From Carpediemonas membranifera BICM (Eukaryota > Protista > Fornicata), in contig JAHDYR010000066.1 in assembly GCA_019828565.1 (NCBI GenBank), positions 62,001-126,000 of the forward strand: a stretch of DNA of 64,000 nt. The letters are read 5' to 3'. Shown piece after piece: positions 10,711 to 22,719 of the stretch. The notes beneath the pieces are model-generated. The model did no database searches, was not told where the DNA came from, and was given only the letters and a program-made list of their open reading frames with translations. Positions within the stretch are counted from its first letter, which is position 1; each line of letters starts with the position of its first letter. Both the position numbers and the translations under genes were made by a program.

Positions 10711-11834
10711 ATGGTGAGCACGATTATCGTCGATTGGAGGCATGCTTTCGAGCCAGTGATACCAAACTTCCGCCTTGATCCGCTGAATCTTGTCCTGAAC
10801 AGCATATTCTACCACATCATGCTCACTTTCGTCCTATTCCAGGTCGTCGTAATCGTAGTCACATCTATACGCCGCAACAGAGGGCTTAAGCGCAACATAT
10901 TCACCCAGCGCCTCCTTGTGCATGTCATACTGGCGCTGAGCATGATCATGAGGTTGTGCTGGCTCCACTACATCTCGCTGACGCTCTTCGTTCTGCCAGT
11001 CGACCTCGCCATCGAGTTGTCGAACCTGGGCAACCGTATCAGTCTGCTGCTGATGTTCGTGGCCTTCACGTTCAACGTCGCCCTGTATGCCCGGTCAAAT
11101 ATTCGCACTCTGAACCCTACCCGTCGCCGCATCATCATCGGAATCATCATGGCCTACTGCTACGGGTCTACGATCCTGATCTTCGTGACCCAGCTCTGCA
11201 TCACGCTCTTTTATGTGCTGTCGCCCCGAATCCCGACCGATGGCGATATTCTGTCTGTCTTCCCCTGCTCACACCGTTCTCACACAGGTACGACCTCAAC
11301 CTACTAATCCTGCTGGCATACTGGCTGCTGGTCTCGATCATATTCACGTGGGCGTCGACCCTTTACTCCATCCGACTCGCCCTGGCCGTGCTGAAGTCTC
11401 AGGTGTCGGCCCGGAGGAAAGCTGCCGTTATCGTCCAGAAAGCGCTGTTCAGTTGGTCCAAGATCCTGTTATTCGACGGCTCCATGGCCCTGCGGATGTA
11501 CAGCTTCAGCTACCGGCCGCTGTTTAACTCGTACATGCCGACGTGGGTCTACCCGTTCATCTTCTACACGCTGCCTGACGCGATGCTCATCGTCGGGCTC
11601 ATGATCAACTTCAGAGACAACTCGCGGCGGGCAGGGAAGAAGAGGAGACCTGGGAGGTCAAGGGCGGCCGCACAGGAGTCGCCCCGAAAGGCACGCGACC
11701 CTAATGCAATCTGGCCGGACTACCCGGCCGAGGCTTCGGCCATCGAGGGCGAGGGAGGTGTGGCAGATGAAACCGTCACATACGACAATCCCCTCGTCAT
11801 GGCGGGGGACACGCCGGTCTTCGCCATGGCCTGA
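10711..11834 (+). CDS. Multi-pass (about 7-TM) membrane protein; intron 11253-11287
   Basis: Two hydrophobic ORFs (10711-11307 and 10956-11834) are joined in frame by a 35-nt GT..CTCACACAG intron (DGDIL/YDLNLL). Confidence 0.75.
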
Positions 11835-12365
11835 TCCATGTGCCAGGCCCTGTATTGTACCATTAAACCTGTAGTTCTACCAACACATTCCTGCTGGGGC
11901 AGCCGCAGACTTGTGTCTTAAAGTGCGGTGGCCAAGGTGGAGACACACTGCCGTTGGGGTAGAAGTAGTTCTGCCGTTGAGGTGCTTATTGTAAACATCC
12001 GTGTTGCTGGGCTTGGAGCTTCAGACTGCCTGCGGACAATACCTTTATAACCATCACCCTGACTCTTGGTCTCGTCTCGATGAATCAGCCTCGCCAAAGT
12101 CGAGCCAATCAGCAGCGCACCGGGGTCCGATACTGACGTCTCACACCTGCACACTCTCACACACTCGCACTGCATCTCGCCACTGAACACCGCGCCCGGC
12201 AATCTCTTTAAATCGAAGAGGGTTAGAAGGAGGGGTCAGTCGCCCCATTGGAGTCGTTGTAGACCCGGCAGTTACCATCAGCGAGTGCAACGGCGATGTC
12301 GACTGCCTGCGGACATCATCTGATTACCACAACAGGTTCACAGACAATATCCCAATCAGCTCCGC

Positions 12366-14300
12366 ATGACAGACACAAGCACCATACACAACGCCGAGGT
12401 ACCGTTTTTACCGGACCCCGTGGACCCTAGCGTCCACATCACCACGCTCTGGGAGAACTGGTCCTCCGCTGCCCGCCGCTACGGCGATAGGAAGTTCTGT
12501 GGCAACAGAGAGGTTCTTCCCGATGGCTCTCTCGGCGAGTACGTCTTTGAGGACATGCACGTCATCGGCAGGCAGCTTGAAAGGCTCTCCACTGTCTTCA
12601 CGAAGACATTTGGTCTCGAGCAGGGCGACCGAGTGAGCATCTTCACCCCTAACTGCAAGGAGTGGGTCCTTGCCGAGCAGGCGGCCAACCGCAACAGCAT
12701 TGTCACCGTGCCCTTCTACGATTCCCTCACTGCCAAGGAGATCAACTACATCCTCGCACATGCCGCTGTGTCGGCCGTCGTGTGCAGCGCCAAGCGGGCC
12801 CGCACCATCCTCACGGCGCTGACCATGAAGACGGGCATCCAGGAGCAGATCGTCGTCAAGAACGTCGTCGTGATCCAGCCCAAGACGGAGCTCAAGAGCG
12901 ACCTGCTGGCCGAGCTCGAGGCCCTCGGGGAGGAGCGCGGCATCCGTACGACTTTCCTCTACGACATCATCGAGACCGTTGACGACATCACCCCGCCCAA
13001 CCCGCCCCAGCCCGCGGACGTCGCCTCCATCATCTACACGTCCGGCACCACTGGCGTCCCCAAGGGCGTCGTACTGACCCACTCGAACTTCATCGCGGCG
13101 GTCTACGGCTACTACACCCACGGCATCCCCCAGCTCAACGAGAAGGCCGTCTACTTCAGCTACCTGCCCCTCGCCCACGTCCTGGAGCGGGCCATCTTCG
13201 CCGTCGGCGTCTACGTGACGGGCACGGTCTGCTTCTACAGCGGCAGCCTCGACGACATCCTCACCGACATCGGCATGGCAAAGCCCAACATCTTCGTCGG
13301 CGTGCCCCGTGTCTATACGCGAATCTTCGACGGCGTCATGAAGAAGGTCGGCGCCGAGAGCATGCTCAAGCAGTCCATCTTCAAGCTCGCCCTCAAGTAC
13401 AAGATGGCCCGTATGCGCCGCACTGGCGCCATCCTCTCCGTGTTCGACAAGATCTTCAAGGAGCTCCGCGCCGGTTTCGGCAACAACCTGCAGCTCTTTA
13501 TCTCGGGCGGCGCGCCCCTGTCCGAGAAGGTTCAGGAGTTCATGTCGGCCGCCTTCTCGGCGCACTTCATCCAGGGCTATGGCCTCACCGAGTGCGTCGC
13601 CGGCTGCTGTGTGCAGGACGTCGGCGACACGTCCGTCACCAACGTCGGCCCGGCCGTGCCTAACATGGAGCTCAAGCTGGCCCCCGTCCCCGAGATGGGC
13701 TACGAGGGCGGCGATGCCGGGGAGATCATGCTCCGTGGCCCGGCCGTCTTCGGCGAGTACTACCACAACGACGAGGAGACGAAGCGCGCCTTCGACGAGG
13801 AGGGCTGGTTCGCGACGGGCGACATTGCCCGCTTCGTGGACGGCAAGAAGGTCTCTATCGTGGACCGCAAGAAGAACATCTTCAAGCTCTCACAGGGCGA
13901 GTACGTCTCCCCCGAGAACCTCGAGGCCATCTACGGCAACGCCGCACTCGTCGACCAGATGTGGGTCCACGGGTCCTCGGATGAGAGCAAGCTCGTCGCC
14001 GTCATCTCGGTCGACCTGCCCACCGTCGTCGAGATGCTCGGCTGCACCACCGAGGAGGCTGCCAAGATCGTGGACGGCCAGGACCCCCGCCTCGTCGCCC
14101 GCCTGACCGAGGACTTCGACAAGTACCGCGCCGAGGAGAAGCTGCCCTCGTTCATGCGCATCGCGTCGTTCCATCTGACGTCCGAGATGTTCGACCCCAG
14201 CAACGAGCTGCTCACGGCCACGTTCAAGCTGCGGCGTAACAAGTTTGTGGAGTATTTTAAGGAGGAGGTGGAGGCGATGTACAAGTCCATGCGTCATTAA
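12366..14300 (+). CDS. Long-chain fatty acyl-CoA synthetase
   Basis: AMP-binding motifs IIYTSGTTGVPKG, SYLPLAH, QGYGLTE, GWFATGD and DRKKNIFKLSQGEYVSPE. Confidence 0.95.
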   Translation: MTDTSTIHNAEVPFLPDPVDPSVHITTLWENWSSAARRYGDRKFCGNREVLPDGSLGEYVFEDMHVIGRQLERLSTVFTKTFGLEQGDRVSIFTPNCKEWVLAEQAANRNSIVTVPFYDSLTAKEINYILAHAAVSAVVCSAKRARTILTALTMKTGIQEQIVVKNVVVIQPKTELKSDLLAELEALGEERGIRTTFLYDIIETVDDITPPNPPQPADVASIIYTSGTTGVPKGVVLTHSNFIAAVYGYYTHGIPQLNEKAVYFSYLPLAHVLERAIFAVGVYVTGTVCFYSGSLDDILTDIGMAKPNIFVGVPRVYTRIFDGVMKKVGAESMLKQSIFKLALKYKMARMRRTGAILSVFDKIFKELRAGFGNNLQLFISGGAPLSEKVQEFMSAAFSAHFIQGYGLTECVAGCCVQDVGDTSVTNVGPAVPNMELKLAPVPEMGYEGGDAGEIMLRGPAVFGEYYHNDEETKRAFDEEGWFATGDIARFVDGKKVSIVDRKKNIFKLSQGEYVSPENLEAIYGNAALVDQMWVHGSSDESKLVAVISVDLPTVVEMLGCTTEEAAKIVDGQDPRLVARLTEDFDKYRAEEKLPSFMRIASFHLTSEMFDPSNELLTATFKLRRNKFVEYFKEEVEAMYKSMRH

Positions 14301-14473
14301 AGAGTTTCGGTTTATTGTCGGTTGAACAGATTCCAAGGCAGGTTGGGTCAATCAAAATTGGGAAAAGACTGGCAAGCTGCGCTTTGAAACGATCCTAAGA
14401 TGTCTACACGACAGTCGCTTGTTCCAACCAACGGTCATTGACTCGAACGAGCTCCCCTGATCAGGGTCAGTGA

Positions 14474-16273
<1,800 letters not shown>

Positions 16274-16629
16274 GCTTATAAACAGGCGTTTTAGTCGGTC
16301 GGTTGATGAACTATCGCGGTTGAACAATTTGGACATCGATTGGGCTGGGCTTGCCAAAATGCGACTAGGGGAATCCAATGGCACGAAGTCCCTGACCGAA
16401 GCCTTCCCTGCCGTACACTGTGCTGCATCGACCCAGCAATCCAGACTCAAGGCTTTCAGGTCTCCTAGAAGGTACCCTCAACTCGCCTGAGCTCACCTCT
16501 GTGCTGATCCGCTATCTACTTCAACAAGACGCGAAACTTCACAGGCTACTGCTGTTTTGACGGTCTCATGGTTGGAACCCGATCAAATACAAAAATGATT
16601 GACGCCGGAAGTCTCGACGTTGAACGGGA

Positions 16630-17137
16630 ATGAAACGAACTGCTCAGGATTTTGAAGGCGGAGTCCTGTCATATGCTGAAACTAGATACTCGAACACAAA
16701 TAATGGCTATTATGGCCGTGCCATGCCGCCACAGAAGCGTCCAGCGGATGAGAGCTGTTTTCCGCCAAGAGAAACCATCCGCCAGTTTGCTAATCGCACT
16801 GCACGAAAGACAAACAGTATGCATCCATTCTCCAAGGGTATATTCTTACACAGACGTCGCACAGTCCCAGGAAGTCACCGTCTTCACAGATGAGCAGTGC
16901 TTTTCGGATCCATCCGGCCTCCTTGCCCGCTGCAACGACATCGAGGACACCGAGGTTGACAACGACATGGCTACAACTAAGGCCGATGTCCGTCGGGGCG
17001 TCGACACCGTCGAGCAGTCTCTTGCCCGTCTCCCCCGCATACTGGCGACGATACCAGCCGACTGGTGGGAGCAGCGCCGCGTACTAGAGCAGCAGTGGGC
17101 CGGCACGCACGGCCTGCCTGTCTGCCCGGTGCGCTGA
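16630..17137 (+). CDS. Hypothetical protein; intron 16817-16853
   Basis: A 37-nt GTATG..TTACACAG intron joins ORF 16630 to ORF 16652-17137 in frame; start uncertain. Confidence 0.55.
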
Positions 17138-17234
17138 GGCTGTACTCCATGCCTTTGCACTGCCAGAATATAAATACCAGGCACGAGTTACACGAGAAAC
17201 TTTACATGAAACACAAGCATACACATAACACCGC

Positions 17235-20200
17235 TCAGTCATCCCCCGCAAATTGCCGGAAAGCGCCGACCAGCACGTCTATGTTGGAGGCACGGTCCAC
17301 ATCCCGGCTGGTCGAGCCGTCCGCAAGCTTCTTCGTCTCCTTCAGCACGTCGATGATCCGCGACACGGCCCTGGACGACGCTGTCGCCTGTGGCGTGGCC
17401 GAATCGCTTGCCTCGACGCCAATCGGCTCAAGGGAGACGAGCGCTAGCCGTCCGTCGAGGAAAGAGTCTCTCGACGCCCGCACCATGTCGAACACAGTGC
17501 CGTGGGGCTTTGTCGCGTCTGTGGTGTCGAGCACGACGCCGATGGTCTGCATGCGGCGGAAGAAGTCGACCGGCTTGATGTTGATGAGGAGGGAGTGGTG
17601 TAAGAAGGCGGTGCCGGCCATAGCGAAGTCAACGCCCGCCCGGTTGGGGACGGGGCCACTGTCGCCGTGACTAACTCCACTGACTGCGCTAAACTGCGAC
17701 CACAAGTCGTGAAGGTGAGTGGGACCGAATGTCACGGCAGTTGTCCAGATCGACGGCTGCTGCTGGGGGTCGGACGGCCTGCGGACCGCGAAGTGGACTG
17801 CGACAGGGCCGGATAGGGAGGACGAATGCCCAGGCCTGTCGATGGCGGTCCGGTGGAGGTACTTGCCGAGTTTGACGGCGTACATGTGGATCGCCTCCTC
17901 TGCAGCCGGCACTGTGATAGGATAAACGACTCCGCTCGAGTCGACTGGGCTCCGCTGGACACGGTCGACGGCCGCACTGATCTCGACCACGCCCGTCGGG
18001 CTGATGTTCAGCAGCACCGTCGTGGCGACGTCGCCCGGGTCGTACGCCTCGATCGCCGTGCCGTGCTGCCGGATGAGGTCCCTGAAGCCTTCCCAGCCCT
18101 TCACACCAGGGAGTGTGGTTGCAACCGAGGCCCGCACGGCAAGTGTGTGCCGCAGCTTAACGACGGCACGATCGCCTTTCATCTTGCTGACGTCCTCGGC
18201 AGCCGGGAGCGACTGCCCGGCCTCGACGAGGTCCTCGAGCTCCTCGTTGACCTCAGCCACGGCGTCATGGATGGCCTCTGCGACCGACGTCTTGGGGATC
18301 ACGGCGACGGCCGCATGTTCCAGCCCGTGGACCCGCATTATCCAGTGGTCGACCTCCGGGAGGTGGGTGACGAGGTAGACGAGGATGCCAGCCACACGGT
18401 CGGGATCCGCGACGTCGTCGATACCTGGTGGGAACGGTACGCCCGCGTTGTGGAAGAAGGCCCGCTGGAGTTTTGGTAGTGTGGGGCAGGGGAGCATGCC
18501 GATGATGGGAGCCTGCAGCATGGCCGACAGATAGCTGGCCACTGGCGACTGCAACGCGGTGTGCGGCAGCTCTATCGAGCGGAGGCTGGGTATCTTGCCC
18601 CGTGGCCTCCACGTCGCCCTGATCCGGTCGAAGAGGGCGCCCGACGACACCGCCAGCGCTGTACTGGCGGAGATGGAGGGGCAGTAGTGCTCCATCAGGT
18701 CAAGGTTGTCGGGGGTGAGGAAGAGGACGCGGTCCATCGGGTCGGGGGTGTCGTCCTCGAGACCCAGGGCAAAACGGAGCATGCGGTTGGTATACGTATG
18801 GATGATCGAGTCGGGCTCGAGCGGGGAGAAGGTTATGTAAATGATAAATACCGCAGGGTCGACCAGCTTGAAGAGCACGGCTGGGTTGACAGCATTCTTG
18901 GCGCTCTGACCGCTGAGGAGCTCGTTCCCGACGTGCAGCACGTACTTCATGGGGGCCTCGTGCTTCAATGAGTCGTACTCCCGCGTCAGGCGGTCGCGGT
19001 ACGTCTCGGCCGCCACCCGATAATTGGCACGGGCCTCGGCGTGGATCTTGTGGTAGTGACGTCGGGCGAGGAAGCCGCGGCCGACCTTCTGGACCATCGT
19101 GTGGGCGTGGATCGTCGCCAGCTTATCCCGGAACTCCCTCCGCACCAACCACATGCGGACGAAGCTCTGAATGACCGTGGCAGCGGACGCGATGCCCTTG
19201 ACCCCCCTGAATCGGGCACCTGGCTCGGAGATCTGGTCTTTGATCTGGGCTGAGTCGTAGAAGCAGGCGCACAGGTCATCGCGGGTCAGCGTTGACAGCT
19301 GGGGGTGCGTCTGAACGATCGCGACGACCTTCTCGCCGTCCACCAGGCCGAACTGGACATCGTGGGAACTACAGAACTTCTCGAGCAGGAAGACCATCTG
19401 GCCAATGACACCGCCAAGCCCCCTGTACCGACGTACGAATGCCTCGTACTCGGGGCTTGGCCGCACCTTGCCCATGACGATCGGGAACTGGAAGCACGCG
19501 AAGTTGTCGATGACGTCGTCAAGACCACCGGCCTCGGCGTCGGATTCGGACTCCTCGGCAGGGATGTCGGGCAGCTCGGCCCCGATGACTGACCCGAGAC
19601 TGCCGGCCGGGGACCCCATGCTGGTGAAGTCGGCGTCGGCGATCGTGGACTCGTACTCTGACTCCACCTCGTCCATGCGGTCGACCGTCGCGTGTGTCAC
19701 GTGTGCATCGCTCTGCGCGGGTCGGGCCCTCGTGCCTCTGATGCCCTTGGGCAGCGTGTCCCTGAACGGCATGGCCGTGCCAACCTGGGTTATCAGGTCG
19801 AGCTTTAACCCCCCCACTCCGATGCCGCGGAGGGCGTCGTCTGCCGCCATTGCCATCGTCATCTTATGGGCGGGATCGTTCAGGGACGCCCGGCCCGTCT
19901 CGAACGGCGCCCGGGCCCCTAGCGCGGCCGTCATCGCTGGAGTGACGTCGCTGAGTCTGTGGATCTTACCACTCTCTATCAGCTTCAGCATGCCCTTCTG
20001 CAGGTCATCGCCGGTGATCCTGGGTGGCTGGTCGAGGGTCTTCTGCTTCTCCTCCTCCGGGACACGGTCATAGTGGATCTTCGGGGGCTTCATGGGCTTG
20101 AAGTCACGCGGCGTCTTCTTGTCTGCTCCCATTGTGGCCATGAGGCCCTGCTTCTTCTCGGTCCACGCCAGCGCATCCCTCATAAACTCCTCCTCCGTGG

Positions 20201-20543
20201 GTGCACCGCGTCGAAGCTGGTCGGCCACGGTGTCCTGAGACTTCAGGGTCGCTAGAAGGCCGCTTCCTGTGCGTGCAGCGGCTCCATTCATCCCAATGGG
20301 TGGGAGCCGGGTCGCCGAGGACGGCCGTGCGCCTGTTCCACGAGATGGCACCGCTCCACGGGGCTCGCTCGTTGCAATATTGAGGAGTTTCCCGCATAGG
20401 AACGCAATATCTGTCTGAGAGTGGTGCACGGTCTCTTCCCAAATGGCTGGATCGCTGGAGGCGTCAAAAACTGTTGAGAGATTCTGTAGGACCTTGACTA
20501 CATCAAGCAGGAGTTCTCCTACTGCTGCAGATTGTTGTATCAT
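17235..20543 (-). CDS. IQ-motif protein, IQCH-like
   Basis: IQ motifs AATVIQSFVRMWLVRREF and MVQKVGRGFLARRHY followed by a large ATP-grasp-like region, as in IQCH; start uncertain. Confidence 0.7.
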   Translation of the reverse strand: MIQQSAAVGELLLDVVKVLQNLSTVFDASSDPAIWEETVHHSQTDIAFLCGKLLNIATSEPRGAVPSRGTGARPSSATRLPPIGMNGAAARTGSGLLATLKSQDTVADQLRRGAPTEEEFMRDALAWTEKKQGLMATMGADKKTPRDFKPMKPPKIHYDRVPEEEKQKTLDQPPRITGDDLQKGMLKLIESGKIHRLSDVTPAMTAALGARAPFETGRASLNDPAHKMTMAMAADDALRGIGVGGLKLDLITQVGTAMPFRDTLPKGIRGTRARPAQSDAHVTHATVDRMDEVESEYESTIADADFTSMGSPAGSLGSVIGAELPDIPAEESESDAEAGGLDDVIDNFACFQFPIVMGKVRPSPEYEAFVRRYRGLGGVIGQMVFLLEKFCSSHDVQFGLVDGEKVVAIVQTHPQLSTLTRDDLCACFYDSAQIKDQISEPGARFRGVKGIASAATVIQSFVRMWLVRREFRDKLATIHAHTMVQKVGRGFLARRHYHKIHAEARANYRVAAETYRDRLTREYDSLKHEAPMKYVLHVGNELLSGQSAKNAVNPAVLFKLVDPAVFIIYITFSPLEPDSIIHTYTNRMLRFALGLEDDTPDPMDRVLFLTPDNLDLMEHYCPSISASTALAVSSGALFDRIRATWRPRGKIPSLRSIELPHTALQSPVASYLSAMLQAPIIGMLPCPTLPKLQRAFFHNAGVPFPPGIDDVADPDRVAGILVYLVTHLPEVDHWIMRVHGLEHAAVAVIPKTSVAEAIHDAVAEVNEELEDLVEAGQSLPAAEDVSKMKGDRAVVKLRHTLAVRASVATTLPGVKGWEGFRDLIRQHGTAIEAYDPGDVATTVLLNISPTGVVEISAAVDRVQRSPVDSSGVVYPITVPAAEEAIHMYAVKLGKYLHRTAIDRPGHSSSLSGPVAVHFAVRRPSDPQQQPSIWTTAVTFGPTHLHDLWSQFSAVSGVSHGDSGPVPNRAGVDFAMAGTAFLHHSLLINIKPVDFFRRMQTIGVVLDTTDATKPHGTVFDMVRASRDSFLDGRLALVSLEPIGVEASDSATPQATASSRAVSRIIDVLKETKKLADGSTSRDVDRASNIDVLVGAFRQFAGDD

Positions 20544-20710
20544 GTAACTGGGGCCTTGAGAAGCGGTATCGTCCTCAAAGGCACTTGGGTTTTCGCAGTT
20601 TATGCTCCGATTTGGCCACGTCTTTTCTAGCCATACAGACCTCACTAAGACATCTAGTCACTGCCAAACGATGCATGCACTATTTACCGACTAATATGCT
20701 CCATCCTCAC

Positions 20711-21436
20711 TCACCCGCGGACACCGCTGAACATTGGGTGGAACACGGAGAGCTTGGAGGCGTCCTCCCGCACGGGGGGACCGCCCTCGCCCTTCAACCG
20801 GTACACGAGGGTAGAGGGAGTTTCCCGCTTGGTGTGGGTGTACCGCAGCGTCCCAGCCCGGGTCTGCATGAGGCTCTCCTTCACCGTGGTCTGGATGGCC
20901 CTCGTCTCGTACGACCCCAGCGTCCGAGTCATCGCAAACTGGGTGATGATGTCTGTCTCGCTCTTGCGGTCAAGGATCTTATCAGGGTCTACACCAACAA
21001 GGGGGCCCTTCTTACGGATGAACTCGGCCAGATGCTTAATCTTCCGCTCGCAGTACGGATCAGGCGACGGGGGTCTCCGCTCCCGCTTCCGCTCATTCTG
21101 TGACTTCAGCTCCTTCTCTATGTCGTCGGGGAGCCGCTCATTCGGCGACCTGAACGAATACTGCGACATGGCCATGTCGGCCTTGGCAACCCGGGTGGAG
21201 AAGTCCTGAGACACACGAGAGGCTACAGCTGCTAGCCGCTCATTGAGGCTCGATTTCATGGCAAAATGTACCGATTTGTTTGGCTGGCGCGCGTTCTCGC
21301 TGCCTACACGAGTGGGTGTTGCATACGACATCGACGGCGTCTTCATGAGAGACATATTGAAGACGTCCGGATGCCGTTTCTGCGGAGTTCCAGTGCGTAG
21401 CGCTGATAACGATAAGGATTGGTCGAGGCCGCTCAT
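20711..21436 (-). CDS. Hypothetical protein
   Basis: Open frame from MSGLDQSLS with host-like codon usage, lying between two co-oriented genes. Confidence 0.6.
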   Translation of the reverse strand: MSGLDQSLSLSALRTGTPQKRHPDVFNMSLMKTPSMSYATPTRVGSENARQPNKSVHFAMKSSLNERLAAVASRVSQDFSTRVAKADMAMSQYSFRSPNERLPDDIEKELKSQNERKRERRPPSPDPYCERKIKHLAEFIRKKGPLVGVDPDKILDRKSETDIITQFAMTRTLGSYETRAIQTTVKESLMQTRAGTLRYTHTKRETPSTLVYRLKGEGGPPVREDASKLSVFHPMFSGVRG

Positions 21437-21638
21437 TGGTTCGGGTATTCGGGCACGCGAAATTTTGGCGAACGATCGACTCGGACGGCCAGTCGACCCG
21501 ACCCGGGAGCACGGGGGTGTGATGAACAGGCGATGGTGGTGACTGAGACGGCGTGTTGGCGGTGGTGTCCAAGTTTGCCAAACGAGCAACCAGACCTGAC
21601 TCTCGAAAGCGAGCGTTTAATGTTTCATCATGGAGTAT

Positions 21639-22517
21639 CTAGTCGGTGTTGAGGGCCATCAGCTTCTCATTGATCCGTGCCTCGAACTCTGCGAGCTTCT
21701 TATCGACTGCGTCCAGGATCTCTGCCCTCGCCCTATCCAGGTCCTCCGCCGTCAGGGGCATCGGGATCGACCGCAGCTGCAGCTCCTGCCCGTTGATCAT
21801 CAGCTTCTCCGGCATGAACGACTTGGGTTTCTCGGGTTCGGTAGGTTTCTGCGCCTGCTCCACGGGCTTTGTCACGGCGGGCTTAGGCTCCAACTTTGGC
21901 TCGGGCTTCGGTTCTTCCTTAGGCTCCTGTTTCGGCTCAGGCTTGGGTTCCGGCTTAGGTTCGGGTTTCGGCTCCGGCTTCTTTGGCTCGACCTTGGGCT
22001 CGGGCTTCTTCTCCTCTGCGGGCTTGGCTTTGTCACTGTTCTCATTGACCTGCCCCCTCGCCCTGATCTGGCTCAGGAAGTCCATGCCGCCAGCCTTCGG
22101 CTTGGGCTTCTCCTCGGCCTTTGGCTCAGGCTTGGCCGGTGTTGGGGTCGGCGCGGCCTGTGTCTGCGGGGCATTGGCCTTCACGATGCACTGATTGATC
22201 GCGGAAGCGAACTGATCGAGCGTCTTGTCGTTAGCATCCTTGGGGGTGGGGAATCTGAAGCCGAAGTTCTGATTGGCTTGCGAAAGAGTGTAAAACGTTG
22301 CTTGAACGGGGCCTGATAGCCGCGCTGCTGCTTGAATAACAGCATTAACATAGATCTTTTGATCCTTATTCATCCCTACAATCCGGCTTACGCCAGTTGC
22401 TGGGTTCTGGAGGATTTGCAACGTGCAGTAGACATTCTCGTACGGCTCCCAGGCATTCGTCTGATGGTTGTGAAAGTAGCAAACGGCGTATCCAGTAAAG
22501 AGTCTAGACTCAGCCAT
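21639..22517 (-). CDS. EVH1/WH1 protein, Ena/VASP-like
   Basis: N-terminal EVH1 fold (W-containing strand, SRIVG, TFY, NFGFRF..DA..FASAI), GGMDFLSQIRAR segment and C-terminal coil EDLDRARAEILDAVDKKLAE. Confidence 0.75.
   Translation of the reverse strand: MAESRLFTGYAVCYFHNHQTNAWEPYENVYCTLQILQNPATGVSRIVGMNKDQKIYVNAVIQAAARLSGPVQATFYTLSQANQNFGFRFPTPKDANDKTLDQFASAINQCIVKANAPQTQAAPTPTPAKPEPKAEEKPKPKAGGMDFLSQIRARGQVNENSDKAKPAEEKKPEPKVEPKKPEPKPEPKPEPKPEPKQEPKEEPKPEPKLEPKPAVTKPVEQAQKPTEPEKPKSFMPEKLMINGQELQLRSIPMPLTAEDLDRARAEILDAVDKKLAEFEARINEKLMALNTD
21885..22010 (-). repeat. Coding tandem 12-bp repeats (PEPK units)
   Basis: Translation KPEPKPEPKPEPKPEPKQEPKEEPKPEPKLEPK. Confidence 0.8.
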
Positions 22518-22571
22518 TCCCTCGGGGAGCTTGGAAAATTCGTGAGATCCTTAAACTGCACATCAACAGGT

Positions 22572-22634
22572 TGGGGTCTCGATACAACAAGAGTCCTACT
22601 TTACTGCTTGCACTGTGCACTCTATGATACTTCA
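22572..22634. mobile_element. 63-bp TG...CA mini-element (family C), TSD CAGGT
   Basis: CAGGT at 22567-22571 and 22635-22639; the last 38 bp are identical to 36767-36804. Confidence 0.75.
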
Positions 22635-22719
22635 CAGGTTGGACAGACAAATGGCAAAGGCACGTACACTGTGAGTAGCTCCATTAGCACAGTCCGGGGT
22701 CAGTTTATGACTCTCACTC

